Source: an uncultured Sandaracinaceae bacterium (lineage in GTDB: Bacteria; Myxococcota_A; Polyangia; Polyangiales; Houyiibacteriaceae). From it: 64,000 nt of DNA. Location of the stretch: the NCBI GenBank assembly GCA_964495565.1, contig CAZBWQ010000002.1, forward strand, positions 28,436 to 92,435, read 5' to 3'. Below the pieces are notes generated by a model, which saw only the letters and a list, made by a program, of their open reading frames with translations, had not been told where the DNA came from and made no database searches. Both the position numbers and the translations under genes were made by a program. Below, piece after piece: positions 29,113 to 38,328 of this stretch (its first letter is position 1; every line of letters starts with the position of its first letter).

Positions 29113-30348
29113 ATGGCAAAGCTTCCAGAAGTTTACGTTCTTGGCGGGTACCAGACGGACTTCGCCCGCAACTGGAGCAAAGAAAAGAAGCATTTCGTCG
29201 CGATGATGCGCGAAGCGGTGCTCGGCGCGCTCGACAAGACCAAGATCGATCCAAAGGAAATCGAGGTCGCGCATACGGGGAATTTCGCCGGTGAGCTCTA
29301 CAGCAAGCAGGGCCACTTCGGTGCGTTCTTCTTGGAGATCGACCCGGCGTTCAGCGGGCTCCCCACCTCGCGACACGAGGCGGCGTGCGCGTCCGGCAGC
29401 ATCGCCATTTTGGCCGCATCGGCCGAAATCGAAGCGCAGCGGTACGACCTCGCGTGCGTGGTCGGCGTCGAGCAGATGAAGACCGTGGGGGCTTCCGAGG
29501 GAGGCGACTACCTCGGCACGGCGGCTTGGTACGAGCTCGAAGCGAAGGGCATCGAGTTTCCGTTTCCGAAGCTCTTCGGAAAGCTCGGCGACGAGTACGA
29601 CAAGCGCTACGGCCTCAAGGACGAGCATCTCGCGCAGATCAGCACCATCAACTACGCAAATGCGAAGCTGAACCCCAACGCGCAAACCCGGACGTGGTAC
29701 ATGAACTACGATCACGCGATGAGCCGTGATCAGTTCAATGGAAACATCGGCGGCCGAATCCACATCTCGGATTGCTCGCAGGTGACCGACGGAGCCGTCG
29801 CGCTGCTGCTCGCCTCCCCGGCGTACGCCAAGAAGTGGGCGGATCGTATGGGCGTGTCACTCGAGTCGATCCCGCGCATCAAGGGCTGGGGACACAACAC
29901 GGCACGCATCCGGTTCGAGGACAAGGTCGCGGAAAGCCGCGACGCGAAGTACGTCCTGCCGCACGTTCGCAGCACGATCCTCTCGGCGCAGAAACGCGCG
30001 GGCATTCCGGACGTGAGCGGCATCGACGCCATCGAAACCCACGACTGCTTCACCACGTCCGAATACATGGCGATCGACCACTTCGGGATGACCGCCCCTG
30101 GCGAGAGCTGGAAGGCGATCGAGGAGGGCGACATTGCCCTCGGAGGCAAGACGCCCATCAACCCGAGCGGCGGTCTCATCGGCGCAGGGCACCCGGTCGG
30201 CGCCACGGGCGTGCGGCAGGTGCTCGACGGTCACAAGCAGGTCACCGAAGCGGCCGGAGACTACCAAGTCGAGGGCGCCAAGAACGTGCAGACCCTCAAC
30301 ATCGGGGGCTCCGGCACGACCAGCGTCAGCTTCATCATCGGCACCTAG
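29113..30348 (+). CDS. SCP2-type thiolase (acetyl-CoA acetyltransferase)
   Basis: Start MAKLPEVYVLGGYQTDFARNW; HEAACASG, ETHDCFT (HDCF instead of NEAF), GHPVGATG. Confidence 0.9.
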   Translation: MAKLPEVYVLGGYQTDFARNWSKEKKHFVAMMREAVLGALDKTKIDPKEIEVAHTGNFAGELYSKQGHFGAFFLEIDPAFSGLPTSRHEAACASGSIAILAASAEIEAQRYDLACVVGVEQMKTVGASEGGDYLGTAAWYELEAKGIEFPFPKLFGKLGDEYDKRYGLKDEHLAQISTINYANAKLNPNAQTRTWYMNYDHAMSRDQFNGNIGGRIHISDCSQVTDGAVALLLASPAYAKKWADRMGVSLESIPRIKGWGHNTARIRFEDKVAESRDAKYVLPHVRSTILSAQKRAGIPDVSGIDAIETHDCFTTSEYMAIDHFGMTAPGESWKAIEEGDIALGGKTPINPSGGLIGAGHPVGATGVRQVLDGHKQVTEAAGDYQVEGAKNVQTLNIGGSGTTSVSFIIGT

Positions 30349-30395
30349 GGACACTCTCCGGGCGCCTATCCCCCCGAAATCACGTGCTTCCCCCA

Positions 30396-30539
30396 CGAAA
30401 GATCGCAGCGTCTTTCCCTCGCGGCGACGCTCCAGCGACGAATCTCCAAGTGATTCGTCGCTGCGATCTTTCGGCAGAAGAGTGAAGGATCTCGTGCGGT
30501 TGGAGGGGTGGAACGTGTCCCCTTCTACTGCTAGGAGGG
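30396..30539 (+). other. Candidate structured RNA in the thiolase-proS intergenic region (three-way junction plus SD/anti-SD alternative helices)
   Basis: Perfect pairings 30396-406/30463-473, 30407-12/30426-31 and 30433-44/30452-63; downstream 30502-08/30519-25 competes with 30520-26/30533-39 (SD). Confidence 0.45.
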
Positions 30540-30543
30540 CGCG

Positions 30544-32259
30544 GTGCGGTATTCGCAAGCGTTCATTCCAACCGTCAAGGAAGCACCAAAGGACGCCACG
30601 ATGCCGTCCCACGTTCTCATGCTGCGTGCTGGGTACGCGCGCATGGTGGGCGCCGGCATTTACGAGCTCCTGCCACTCGGCACCCGGGTGCTCCACAAGA
30701 TCGAGCGAATCATCCGAGAGGAAATGGACGCGGCCGGAGCGCAAGAGCTCCTGATGCCGACCTTCCTGCCGGGGGAGTACTTCAAGGAATCCGGGCGGTG
30801 GGACCTCTACGGGCCGACGCTGCTGCGCATCGAAGACCGCAAAGGCGGCGAGTATCATCTGGCGCCGACGCACGAAGAGATCATCACGGATCTCGTTCGG
30901 CGTGAGGTGAAGAGCTACCGCCAGCTTCCGCTCAACCTCTATCAAATCCAACTCAAGTACCGCGACGAGCCACGCCCGCGCGCCGGTCTCTTGCGGTGCC
31001 GCGAGTTCATCATGAAGGACGCCTATTCCTTCGACGTCTCGGAGGAAGCCGCGCAGCGCAGCTACGCGGACATGCGGGACACGTATCACCGCATCTTTCG
31101 AAGGCTCGGCCTGCAGTACCGCGTAGTCGAAGCCGACAGCGGTGCGATCGGCGGAAAGCAGAGTGCCGAGTTTCAGGTCCTGGCGCAGACGGGCGAGGAT
31201 CGCATCGTCGCATGCGATCGCTGCGACTACGCCGCCAACGTGGAAATAGCCGAAGCGGGACGAAATCGAACGTCAGCCCCGGAGACCGCGGAGCCCGAAC
31301 CGCTCGAGAAGGTCGAGACGCCCGACACCAAGAGCATCGAGGAGGTCGTGCGCTTTTTCGGTGGGCCCACGACGGCGGCCGACACGCTCAAGTCGCTCCT
31401 CTACCTCGCGGACGGTGAGCTCGTGCTCGCCGTCGTCCGGGGCGATCACGAAATCAACGAGATCAAGCTCGCCCGTCACCTCGATGTCGGCGAGGTGCTG
31501 TTGGCGAGCGACGCCGCAGTGCGGGAGGCGACCGGCACCGAGATTGGATTCGTCGGTCCGGTCGGGTTCCGAGGTCGGATCATCGCCGATCCCGACGCCA
31601 TCGAGGTCCGCAATGCCATCGCGGGAGCCGGTCAGACGCCCTACCACTACCGAAACGTCAACCACGGCCGCGACTTCGAGGCGGAGGTCGTCTCGATTCG
31701 GCAGGCAACCTCGGGGGATCCCTGCCCGGCCTGCGAGGGACGGCTCGAGCTCTACCGGGGAATCGAGGGGGGACACATCTTCGTGCTTGGAACGCACTAC
31801 AGCGAGAAGATGAACGCCACCTTCCTCGACGAGGACGGCACGAGCCACCCGGTCGTGATGGGATGCTACGGGATTGGCGTCAGCCGTTTGATCGCGGCGA
31901 TCATCGAACAGCACCACGACGACCAGGGCATCTGCTGGCCGGCTCCCGTGGCGCCCTACGAGGTGATCGTCACCCCCATCGGAAAGGACGAAGGCCCGCT
32001 GTCGAAGGCCGTCGAGATCTACGAGGGGCTCCGGGCAGAAGGCGTCGAAGTGCTCCTCGACGATCGGGACGAGCGACCGGGAGTGAAGTTCAACGATGCG
32101 GATCTGCTCGGGATTCCGGTACGGCTCACCATCGGCTCTCGAGGCTTGAAGCAAGGGGTCGCGGAGCTCAAGAAGCGCACGGAGAGCAGCCCGCGCGAGG
32201 TGCCGCTGCCGGAGGCGGTCTCGGCCACCGTGGCAGCTCTTCGGGAGCTGCGGTCCTGA
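30544..32259 (+). CDS. proS: Proline--tRNA ligase (bacterial type with editing domain)
   Basis: SHVLMLRAGY, LAPTHEE, KYRDEPRPRAGLLRCREFIMKDAYSF, MGCYGIGVSR, KFNDADLLGIP. Confidence 0.97.
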   Translation: MRYSQAFIPTVKEAPKDATMPSHVLMLRAGYARMVGAGIYELLPLGTRVLHKIERIIREEMDAAGAQELLMPTFLPGEYFKESGRWDLYGPTLLRIEDRKGGEYHLAPTHEEIITDLVRREVKSYRQLPLNLYQIQLKYRDEPRPRAGLLRCREFIMKDAYSFDVSEEAAQRSYADMRDTYHRIFRRLGLQYRVVEADSGAIGGKQSAEFQVLAQTGEDRIVACDRCDYAANVEIAEAGRNRTSAPETAEPEPLEKVETPDTKSIEEVVRFFGGPTTAADTLKSLLYLADGELVLAVVRGDHEINEIKLARHLDVGEVLLASDAAVREATGTEIGFVGPVGFRGRIIADPDAIEVRNAIAGAGQTPYHYRNVNHGRDFEAEVVSIRQATSGDPCPACEGRLELYRGIEGGHIFVLGTHYSEKMNATFLDEDGTSHPVVMGCYGIGVSRLIAAIIEQHHDDQGICWPAPVAPYEVIVTPIGKDEGPLSKAVEIYEGLRAEGVEVLLDDRDERPGVKFNDADLLGIPVRLTIGSRGLKQGVAELKKRTESSPREVPLPEAVSATVAALRELRS

Positions 32260-32260
32260 C

Positions 32261-32488
32261 ATGGTCGATTCGGGGCGAGGCCACGAGACGGCAAAATGGC
32301 GAACGACGTGGCTGCTGCTCGCCTTTGCAGTGCTGGTCGGCATCGGCGCGGTGACGGTCGTGCTGCCCGAGCTCGAAGACGTGAAAGAGGACGTGCAAGA
32401 GGATGTGAAGGACGACGCGCAGAGCGAAGAGCGATCCGACGGCGACGAAAGCGGACGCACCGAGGAGGCGGACGAGCTGCAAGAATGA
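32261..32488 (+). CDS. Small single-pass membrane protein with acidic tail
   Basis: One TM (WLLLAFAVLVGIGAVTVVLP) followed by EDVK-EDVQ-EDVK-DDAQ repeats; starts 2 bp after the proS stop. Confidence 0.55.
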   Translation: MVDSGRGHETAKWRTTWLLLAFAVLVGIGAVTVVLPELEDVKEDVQEDVKDDAQSEERSDGDESGRTEEADELQE

Positions 32489-32577
32489 CGCAACAGAGCG
32501 CCGCTCATGTATAAACAGGTGTGCCCGCGAGCCGATCTTTGCGTCCCAGCTCACATGTTTGCAATGTTGTAGAGAGC

Positions 32578-34997
32578 GTGCTTCGTCGAGCATTCATCGC
32601 TCTCGTGTCTTCGGTGTTGGGGCTCGCGTGGTCTCCGCTGCCCGCGGCCCACGCATCTCCGGACGGGCCGATGTGCATGGCCGACGACGCGTTTGCGTCC
32701 GTCTCGGTCGCACCGCTCCACGAGGTGCGGTGGCGTGCTCCGATGTGCGGCCCCTACTTCCACGTCTTTGCGATGGCCGATCATCGTTCGCTCGAGCGGC
32801 GGGCCATCGAAGCATACCGTCAAGCGACCGAGGACATCCTCGCGGCGCGATACGAGGATGCACGGCTTCAGCTCGACTTGGCACACCGAGGGCTCCCGCG
32901 AATCGCCGACCGCATCGCCCTGCAGAGCGGCCGTCTCGAGCTCTTGCGTGAGCGGCCTTGGCGTGCTGCGAGGTTTTTCGAAGAAGCCTCGGAGAGCCCG
33001 CATGACTCCGTCCGCGTGGAAGCCGCCTTTGGGCACGCGTTCGCGCTGCTCCGAGCCGACGACCCCAGCGGCGACGAGAGGGTCGCGGAGCTCCTGGAGG
33101 CCTACCCGTCCATTCCCAATCGCGCCGAGCTCTCGTACGAGCAGGCGCAGAGCCTGATCCGTCGGCGACGTCATGCCGAAGCAGCAGCTCTGCTGCATGC
33201 GATCCGGGTAGAGCACCCTGGCGACAGGGCGGCGCCCCTCGCCGAGAGCGAGCTCAGGCGTCTGCGATCCCTCGGATACGAAACCCCTGCGATGACCGAC
33301 GAGGACCGAGTGACCCGCGCGCGTGAGCTCGTGCGAATGGGACCTCTCGATGCCGCGAAGCTCGCCGTGGGAGAGCTCTTGGATACCTCCCTCACTGGGG
33401 AGCATCATGCGGAGATCTACTACCTCGCAGGCCGTCTCGCGAAGTACGAGGGTCGCTGGAACGACGCGGAGAGTCACATGCGCAACGCGCAGACGTTTCC
33501 GATTGGCGATGCGATTGCAGCGCGACGGATCCAAGACCGCGCGGAGGACATCGCCGAAACCGCTCGCGCGCGAGACCGCGACCTCGCGTTGGAGCGATTG
33601 AGCGAGCTCCGCCAGGGGAAGACGAGTGCGCAGCTCTCGTCTTCGCGACTGACCGAAATGATCGCAATCGCGTCGGCTGCGGGGATTCGGGACGAGGTGG
33701 ACGGCATGTTGAGCGTGCTCGCCCGCCGCCCGGGCGTCCCGGCTTCTTCGCTTTTCGAGGCGGCGATGGGCGCCGTCGGCACGGGCAGCGAAGAGCGAAT
33801 CGCGGCCCTGCTCGAACAGATCGCGAAACGCGGCCACTCGGCATACCGCATTGCCGCCCTGTATCATCTCGCGAGAGCGCACGAGCGCGCGGGCCGGCTG
33901 GCCGATGCGGGGCTCTTCTTCGAGCATGCGCGAAACGCAGCCCGAGAAGCTGGAGATCGCTACTACGTGGTATGGGCTGAAAGCGGTCTGCAGAGGCTCG
34001 AAAGCCCCGATCGGACCGCGCGACCCGAGGGCTTGATCGACCCGGGCGCTGCCATCCCCACGACCCCGAAACCGCCGCGGGCGCGCGAAGATGCGCTCGC
34101 CGAGGCGCTCGATCCCATCGGGCGAAAGCATGCCGACCGCTACCCGTGGATCGCCATGGCCGTCGTCCTCGTCGGCACGTTCATGCGCGCGCGGTCGACC
34201 TGTTGCGGATAGGAGAGCGGGAAGCCGCGACCGAAGAGCTTTTCGAGACGTATCTCGTCTGGCGCGAGGCCCAGGGAAAGCCGGTCGCGCGCGCCGGGCT
34301 CGATTCGGTCGCGAGGGCCGACAAACGAAAACATTCGATCCTGGCCAGTGATGCGCGGACCACCGACTTGGATCTCTCCCAAGACGATCGCTCGGTCCTG
34401 TCGGCGGTCGCGACGGCATTGGGAGACATGGGGACGGCAGGAGGCTTCTCCGGACCCGAGCTCATCGAAACGCTTCCTCGCGCGTACGAGTGGCTGGTCG
34501 TGCCGGCAGCGAATCGGTACGGGCTCGATCCGAACCTGCTCCTCGCCGTCATGCGGGTCGAGAGCGCCTATCAAAAACACATCGTCTCGTACGCAGGTGC
34601 CGTCGGCCTGATGCAAATCATGCCGCGAACCGGGCAACTGATCGCCCACGCGCTCGGCCGCGACGACTTCACTCCAGCGGATCTGCTGGATCCGCGTCTC
34701 AATCTGGAATTTGCAGCCTGGTACTTGACCTCTCTGATCCACCGGTTCGACGGGCGGCTTCCCTTGGCCGTTGCCGCCTACAACGGCGGGCCTCACAATG
34801 TCCGCAAGTGGATGCAAGAAAGCGCAGAGGAGACACCGGTCGACGTGCTGCTCGAGCGGATTCCGTTCAGTCAGACGCACCGCTACGTGCGCAAGGTCTT
34901 GGTCCACTACGAGGCCTATCGGCAACAACGGGAGCTGGAAATGCCGCAACTCGCGATCGAGCTTCCCGAGCCACGAGTCGACCCCATCGCCTTCTGA
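32578..34997 (+). pseudogene. Slt70-like lytic transglycosylase with TPR-like repeats, disrupted near 34153-34193
   Basis: Signal peptide and helical repeats in the first frame; the SLT domain (AVMRVESAY, AVGLMQIMP, AAYNGG, THRYVRKV) lies in the -1 frame after ...YPWI/ARAVDLL. Confidence 0.75.
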
Positions 34998-35006
34998 GAG
35001 CTGCCC

Positions 35007-36122
35007 ATGGGGCTTTCCGACGAAATTGACGCCGTCGTCATCGGCGCAGGCGTCGTCGGCTTGGCTTGCGCATACGAGCTTTCGCGGCGACTGGCCTCGG
35101 TCGTGGTGGTCGAGCGCGACGTGGGCCCAGCACGCGAAACCTCGAGCCGAAACAGCGGTGTCATCCACGCCGGCATCTATTATCCCGCAGACTCACTCAA
35201 GACCAAGCTGTGCATCGAGGGCAGACGACGCCTCTACGACTGGTGTGAATCACACGAGGTGCCGCACCGACGGACGGGCAAGCTCATCGTAGCGACCAAC
35301 GCAGAGGAGGAACGGCGTCTCCGGGCCATCGCGCGCCACGGCAAACGGGTGGGCGTGGACGATCTGCGGGCGGTGAGCCGTGACACGCTCAGAACGACGG
35401 AGCCCGAAGTTCGGTGCACCGAGGCGCTTTTCTCCCCGAGCTCGGGCATCGTCGACGTTCACGCCCTCGCGGAAAGCCTGGTGCGCGAGATCCGGGAAGC
35501 GGATGGCGCGGTGGTGTATCAGACGACGATCGAATCGATCGCCCGCGCGAATCAGGGGTGGATGATCGAAACGAAAGACACCATGGGACGTCGAGCCTCG
35601 GTGCATGCGCGCCGGGTCGTCAATGCCGCAGGGCTTTCCGCGCTGCGCGTCGCGGAAGCATCCGGTTTGCCCGCAGCGGAGCGTCCGTGGCGGCTCCACT
35701 TGTGCAAAGGCTCGTATTTCGTTCTCGGGGCGGGCGCACCGCCCACACGGCACAGCCTGATCTATCCCTTGCCGGAAGCCGGCGGCCTCGGCATCCATCT
35801 GACCGCCGACCTCTCCGGAGCGCGCCGCGCGGGGCCGGACGTCCAGCTCGTGGACCATCTCGACTACGCGATCGACGAGACGCGCGCCCATGACTTCGCG
35901 CGAGCCGTCGCGCGCTATCTGCCCGCCATCCGATCCGAGCACTTGACGCCGGATTACAGTGGGATCCGGCCCAAGCTGGTAGGCCCGGAGGGAGGCTTCG
36001 CGGATTTCGTGATTGCCAGCCCCCCGAGCCAGCCCCAAATGGTACATCTGATAGGCATCGAGTCTCCCGGCCTCACGGCGTCGTTGGCGATCGGCGCACA
36101 CGTCGCCGACCGAATCACCTGA
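35007..36122 (+). CDS. FAD-dependent oxidoreductase, L-2-hydroxyglutarate oxidase (LhgO)-like
   Basis: VIGAGVVG, TSSRNSGVIHAGIYY, GIVDVH, GLGIHLT, GIRPKL, GIESPGLTAS. Confidence 0.85.
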   Translation: MGLSDEIDAVVIGAGVVGLACAYELSRRLASVVVVERDVGPARETSSRNSGVIHAGIYYPADSLKTKLCIEGRRRLYDWCESHEVPHRRTGKLIVATNAEEERRLRAIARHGKRVGVDDLRAVSRDTLRTTEPEVRCTEALFSPSSGIVDVHALAESLVREIREADGAVVYQTTIESIARANQGWMIETKDTMGRRASVHARRVVNAAGLSALRVAEASGLPAAERPWRLHLCKGSYFVLGAGAPPTRHSLIYPLPEAGGLGIHLTADLSGARRAGPDVQLVDHLDYAIDETRAHDFARAVARYLPAIRSEHLTPDYSGIRPKLVGPEGGFADFVIASPPSQPQMVHLIGIESPGLTASLAIGAHVADRIT

Positions 36123-36173
36123 GGCTTGCGCCGCACTGGCCGGGTAGGCATAACCCCGCGTCAAAGGAGTGTC

Positions 36174-37121
36174 ATGAGCCATCGACTCTTGATCATCGGT
36201 AGTGGTCCTGCCGCCCACACCGCGGCCATTTACGCGGCCCGCGCAGAATTGAAGCCCGTGCTTTTCGAGGGTTTCATGGCCGGCGGCATCGCGGCCGGCG
36301 GGCAGCTCACCACCACCACCGACGTGGAGAACTTCCCCGGATTTCCCGAGGGCATCATGGGTCCGGAGCTGATGGAGCGCATGCGCGCTCAGTCCGAGCG
36401 ATTCGGAACCCGGATCGTCACGGAGACGATCCACGAAATCGACCTCTCGAGCCGGCCTTTCCGCTTCAAAGCCGATTCGGAGGAAGGAACGGCGGACTCG
36501 GTGATCATCGCAACCGGCGCCACTGCGAAGCGGCTCGAGATCCCGGGGGCGAGAGACGGCGAGCTTTGGCAACGAGGCATCTCGGCCTGCGCGGTGTGCG
36601 ATGGGGCGCTTCCTGCGTTTCGGAATCAACCGCTTGCCGTGATCGGAGGCGGTGATTCCGCCGTCGAGGAAGCGACGTTCCTCACGAAGTACGGCTCGAA
36701 GGTCTACATCGTGCACCGTCGCGACGAGCTTCGCGCCTCCAAAATCATGCAGCAGCGCGCATTCAAGAACCCCAAGATCGAGCTCTTGTGGTCCCAGGTG
36801 GTGACGCAGGCCAAAGGCCAGGACTTCCTCGAGGCCATCACCGTCAAGGACCTCAAGACCAACCAGGAGCGAGACGTTCCGGTGGCTGGGCTGTTCTTCG
36901 CGATCGGCCACGTGCCCAACACCGAGTTCCTGCAAGGGCAGCTCGAGACCGACGAGCAGGGGTATTTGATCACGAAGCCGGACTCGACGCAGACCAACGT
37001 GCCAGGCGTGTTCGCGGCAGGCGACGTTCAGGACAAGAAGTGGCGCCAAGCGGTCACCGCGGCTGGCACCGGCTGCATGGCCGCGCTGGAAGCAGAGCAC
37101 TTCCTCGCTGCCCACGAGTGA
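36174..37121 (+). CDS. trxB: Thioredoxin-disulfide reductase
   Basis: [50 protein letters not shown]. Confidence 0.96.
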   Translation: MSHRLLIIGSGPAAHTAAIYAARAELKPVLFEGFMAGGIAAGGQLTTTTDVENFPGFPEGIMGPELMERMRAQSERFGTRIVTETIHEIDLSSRPFRFKADSEEGTADSVIIATGATAKRLEIPGARDGELWQRGISACAVCDGALPAFRNQPLAVIGGGDSAVEEATFLTKYGSKVYIVHRRDELRASKIMQQRAFKNPKIELLWSQVVTQAKGQDFLEAITVKDLKTNQERDVPVAGLFFAIGHVPNTEFLQGQLETDEQGYLITKPDSTQTNVPGVFAAGDVQDKKWRQAVTAAGTGCMAALEAEHFLAAHE

Positions 37122-37130
37122 GAACCAGCC

Positions 37131-38126
37131 TCAGGACCGTGGTCCGGCGGCGCCGTTGCCGTTTCCGTTGCGACGCTCTCGGCGTTCCTGCTTGCGAAGC
37201 ACGGCGAGGGCACGGCGCTTCTTCGTCTTCGGCGAGGGAGCGCGCCCCGGATGTGCAGGCTGCTCTCGATGATGCTCGTCGAAGGAGCCCGGCTGCTCCC
37301 CGAGCTCGAAGAACGCGACCTCCCGCTTGGCTCGTTCTCCGACACGAAGGGGCACGACTGCCGCGCCGACGCCGGCGCCGACGTACACGGCCCCGCGGGG
37401 GTCGTCGACGCCGCGCGACCCGTAGAGCCCATGAATGTACTTGTGGCCGGCCAGCTTTCCGACGGACAGCTCGTGCAGCCTCGCGACGGTGATCTGGCCC
37501 GCGTGCGTGTGACCGGAGAACACCAGCGGCACCCCCGCCTCCCAAAGGCCGTCCGCCTCCTCCCCGATGTGCGAGAGCCCGATGACCGGAAGATCGGAGC
37601 GCAGACCCTTGAGCGCCTTTTGGCGGTCGGCATGCCCGGTGTAGGCGTCGTCCAATCCCAATACCTGAATGCGTTGATGTCCGATGCCCACCGTCGTGTT
37701 GGCGTTGTCGAGGACTTCGGCGCCTCCGCGTTTCAAGGCCTTCCGAACCGGCTCGGCTCCCGCCCAGTGGTCGTGGTTTCCGAGCACGGCGAACACCGGC
37801 GCATCGATCTTGCTGATCACCTCGGTCAGATCGTCGAGGTAGACCTGGCTGTGACAAACGAAGTCGCCGCTGATCACCACGAGATCGGGATCGCCGGCGT
37901 TGGTCATCGACACCGCGTCGTATTGAACGGCCATGGGTGTGACGCGTCCCACATGAAGGTCGGTCAGGTGGGCAACCCGCAAGCCCTGGAGGTGCTCCAT
38001 GAAGCACTCCGGCCCCGCAAAGCGCCGAATGCGAAAGCGGCGTGATGCGTCGTGCCAAGGATCGCGCTCGCGCAACAACCTCTTTCGAAACTTGCGAAGC
38101 CCCTCGATCGTGGCGTGGCGTCCCAT
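37131..38126 (-). CDS. Calcineurin-like metallophosphoesterase (YkuE-like)
   Basis: DLHVG, GDFV, GNHD, SH and GHTHAGQ motifs. Confidence 0.9.
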   Translation of the reverse strand: MGRHATIEGLRKFRKRLLRERDPWHDASRRFRIRRFAGPECFMEHLQGLRVAHLTDLHVGRVTPMAVQYDAVSMTNAGDPDLVVISGDFVCHSQVYLDDLTEVISKIDAPVFAVLGNHDHWAGAEPVRKALKRGGAEVLDNANTTVGIGHQRIQVLGLDDAYTGHADRQKALKGLRSDLPVIGLSHIGEEADGLWEAGVPLVFSGHTHAGQITVARLHELSVGKLAGHKYIHGLYGSRGVDDPRGAVYVGAGVGAAVVPLRVGERAKREVAFFELGEQPGSFDEHHREQPAHPGRAPSPKTKKRRALAVLRKQERRERRNGNGNGAAGPRS

Positions 38127-38151
38127 CCTCAACCCAGCTTAATCATTTCGC

Positions 38152-38319
38152 TCAGTGCCCGCACGAGCCGGAGGAAGGGGAACGTTTTCGCGTCAGCCGA
38201 GACACCGGAACGTCGGGAGCCTTGGAGACCGGCGGCGGTGGGCGCCGACGAAGCCGGCGGACCAGGTAAAACGCCGCGCCTACCACGATCGAGCCTGCGA
38301 TGATCTCCTGCCAAGGCAC
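38152..38319 (-). CDS. 55-aa FeoB-associated small membrane protein (below the ORF-track cut-off)
   Basis: GTG 9 bp after the feoB stop: MPWQEIIAGSIVVGAAFYLVRRLRRRPPPPVSKAPDVPVSRLTRKRSPSSGSCGH; one TM, positive-inside arginines, terminal CGH. Confidence 0.7.
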   Translation of the reverse strand: MPWQEIIAGSIVVGAAFYLVRRLRRRPPPPVSKAPDVPVSRLTRKRSPSSGSCGH

Positions 38320-38328
38320 GAAACAACC

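Noticed and set aside
30500-30530. Canonical T-box riboswitch for proS
   Set aside because: No A2 helix, no Stem I or specifier found, and the UGGN base mismatches the tRNA-Pro discriminator; kept only as an unclassified structured leader.
34155-34185. CATG-flanked insert as a restriction/ligation (NlaIII-type) chimera or CRISPR-spacer-like piece
   Set aside because: Excision between the two CATG sites removes 27 nt and does not fix the frame; there are no flanking repeats or cas genes.
25310-34200. Programmed ribosomal frameshifting at the two broken genes
   Set aside because: No X XXY YYZ heptamer or known +1 shift site with a stimulatory structure at either junction.
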